From assembly GCA_018667355.1 (NCBI GenBank), contig JABIVC010000003.1:9525-73524 (forward strand): a stretch of DNA of 64,000 nucleotides, read 5' to 3'. The stretch comes from Gammaproteobacteria bacterium. Lineage in GTDB: Bacteria; Pseudomonadota; Gammaproteobacteria; GCA-002705445; GCA-002716945. Under the pieces are notes generated by a model that worked only from the letters and a program-made list of their open reading frames with translations, did not search any database and was not told the origin of the DNA. Within the stretch, counting starts at the first letter, position 1; the number at the start of each line of letters is the position of its first letter. Below, in pieces: positions 62,198 through 64,000 of the stretch. Both the position numbers and the translations under genes were made by a program.

Positions 62198-62721
62198 TGG
62201 ATATACTACTTTTAAAAAAAATTAAGAGCTTAGGTGAGATTGGAGAAAAAGTTTCCGTTAAATCAGGGTATGCTCGTAATTATTTAATACCTAATAAGCA
62301 TGCGGTGTTGCCAACAAAAGCCAACTTAGCTGTTGTTGAAGAAAAAAAGCAGGAATTAATTAAACAAGAGGAAGAGTTAAAATCTTTAGCGATTATTCAG
62401 CAAGATAAATTTAAAGATTATGTTCTATCATTTGAAGTAAATGTTCAAGAAGACGCTGATAACCTTTTTGGATCAATTACTCTTCAAAATATATTAGATC
62501 GCTTGATTGAGGATGGATATGAGGTCACAAAGAAACAGGTCAGCCTTCCATCTGGAGCCATTAAAAATTTTGCCGAAGATTATATAGCCACAGTGAGTCT
62601 TTATGCTGACATCAGTGTGACTATCCCAATTAAATTAATCCGTAATAATGTTAAAGCTCCAGAACCTTTAATTGATGGAGACACTACCGCAGAGCTCTCT
62701 ACTGACGAAACAAAATCATAA
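62197..62721 (+). CDS. rplI: 50S ribosomal protein L9
   Basis: VKSGYARNYLIP, LFGSIT. Confidence 0.95.
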   Translation: MDILLLKKIKSLGEIGEKVSVKSGYARNYLIPNKHAVLPTKANLAVVEEKKQELIKQEEELKSLAIIQQDKFKDYVLSFEVNVQEDADNLFGSITLQNILDRLIEDGYEVTKKQVSLPSGAIKNFAEDYIATVSLYADISVTIPIKLIRNNVKAPEPLIDGDTTAELSTDETKS

Positions 62722-62801
62722 TAAATTTTATTAAATTCCCCATTTAATTTAAAAGTATATTGAAATTTATTGCTACTGCTAGCTTATTAATTAGTTCACT
62801 T

Positions 62802-62848
62802 TTTGGACAACGTTATTCCACAATTTATCCACAGCTTCTTGTCTATAA
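62802..62848. promoter_or_regulatory. DnaA-box cluster upstream of dnaB
   Basis: Perfect TTATCCACA at 62825-62833 plus three degenerate boxes. Confidence 0.65.
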
Positions 62849-62877
62849 AATCTATTATTATTCAGTTAGAATAAATT

Positions 62878-64000
62878 ATGGAAACTAAATTACCAACCAC
62901 GCCAAAATCGTTAGAAGCTGAACAAGCTTTTCTTGGTTCTTTAATCATGGATTCTACCTCATGGGATCAAATATCCCATATGGTTCAGATAAAAGATTTT
63001 TTCGATAGTAAGAATAAGATTATATTCAATGAAATATACGATTTAGCTTCTGCTGGCCAAGTTATAGATGTGGTGGTACTCGAGGATTGTTTAAGAAGTA
63101 AAGGAGTTCTTGATAGAATTGGCGGGATGCAATACATTAGCCAATTAGCACATAAGGTTCCTACTTCGGCTCATATTAAAGCATATGCTGAAATCATAAA
63201 AGAAAAATCAATAATGCGTGAACTTATTGGAATAAGTACAAAAACAATTCAAACTATTCATCAAAGCGAGCAAGGCGATATTAAAGATGTTCTTGATAAG
63301 GCAGAGTCTGATATTTTTGCGATTACATCTGATTCAAAAGTTAATGATGGATTGCATAAAATTGGACCTATAGTAAATTCATACATAGATGCTGTTTATA
63401 GTAAAAAAAATAACAATGAGTTAGATTATCTTCTAACTGGGTATAATGAATTCGATAAACTAACAGCGGGTTTACAAAAATCTGATTTAATTATAATTGC
63501 TGGTAGACCATCAATGGGTAAGACAGCTTTTGCTATGAATGTCGCGCAAGATATTGTTTTTAAACAAAAAAAGAAGGTAGGTTTTTTTAGCCTTGAAATG
63601 TCCTCTCAGTCCATAGCTTTGAGAATGCTGTCTTCACTTAGCTCTGTATCTATGCAAAAAATTAGAACAGGGGATTATGAATCATCGCCCCAGGATACAA
63701 AAGCTGTAACATCTGCAATTGAAATGATGAATGACTGTGATTTTTACATTGACGATACTGCAGCAATATCACCAATGGATTTACGATCGAAAGCCAGGAG
63801 AATGAAAAGAGAGGCTGGAATTGACTTAATAGTCGTAGACTATTTGCAGTTAATGTCTATCCCAAGGTATTCTGAAAATAGAGTTAATGAAGTAGGAGAA
63901 GTGACGAGGGCGTTGAAAGCAATTGCAAAAGAGCTTGATATTCCAGTTATAGCATTATCACAATTGAATAGAGGTGTTGAGACAAGAAATGATAAGCGTC
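62878..64000 (+). CDS. dnaB: replicative DNA helicase, 5' part (runs off the window; absent from the ORF track)
   Basis: Manual translation METKLPTTPKSLEAEQAFLG..., IIAGRPSMGKTAFA, FFSLEM, IVVDYLQLM, ALSQLNR. Confidence 0.97.
   Translation, partial: METKLPTTPKSLEAEQAFLGSLIMDSTSWDQISHMVQIKDFFDSKNKIIFNEIYDLASAGQVIDVVVLEDCLRSKGVLDRIGGMQYISQLAHKVPTSAHIKAYAEIIKEKSIMRELIGISTKTIQTIHQSEQGDIKDVLDKAESDIFAITSDSKVNDGLHKIGPIVNSYIDAVYSKKNNNELDYLLTGYNEFDKLTAGLQKSDLIIIAGRPSMGKTAFAMNVAQDIVFKQKKKVGFFSLEMSSQSIALRMLSSLSSVSMQKIRTGDYESSPQDTKAVTSAIEMMNDCDFYIDDTAAISPMDLRSKARRMKREAGIDLIVVDYLQLMSIPRYSENRVNEVGEVTRALKAIAKELDIPVIALSQLNRGVETRNDKR

Noticed and set aside
62878-64000. Intein in DnaB
   Set aside because: The helicase motifs follow at normal spacing with no insertion in the visible part.

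Overview
AT-rich, densely packed core-genome segment of a streamlined Gammaproteobacterium, probably an uncultured marine lineage (inferred from gene order and base composition). It consists almost entirely of shortened ancestral operons: truA-trpFBA-accD-folC-dedD-cvpA-purF; gph-ubiG-mtaD / gyrA-pheA-hisC-tyrA-aroA-cmk-rpsA-ihfB-lapAB-pyrF; tRNA-Leu; queA-tgt-yajC-secDF; suhB / trmJ-iscRS-iscA-hscBA-fdx-iscX-ndk-hisS-yfgM-bamB-der; queF / smc-ligA; dapD-mltF-rne / rluC-sppA; nnrD-tsaE-miaA-hfq-hflKC-yjeT-hisZ-purA-rlmB-rpsF-rpsR-rplI-dnaB. I saw no mobile elements or CRISPR arrays. Most notable: (1) a 147-aa single-domain protein that appears to keep the Cys and 2-His-1-Glu iron site of sulfur oxygenase reductase, behind an ArsR-type palindrome and a hairpin that buries its start codon; (2) an SMC with no hinge domain; (3) a free-standing copy of release-factor domain 1; (4) two retained pseudo-enzymes (MtaD-like and SuhB); (5) an isc operon without iscU; (6) a five-domain S1; (7) a DnaA-box cluster upstream of dnaB. 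All homology calls are by eye against remembered family motifs; no searches were run.
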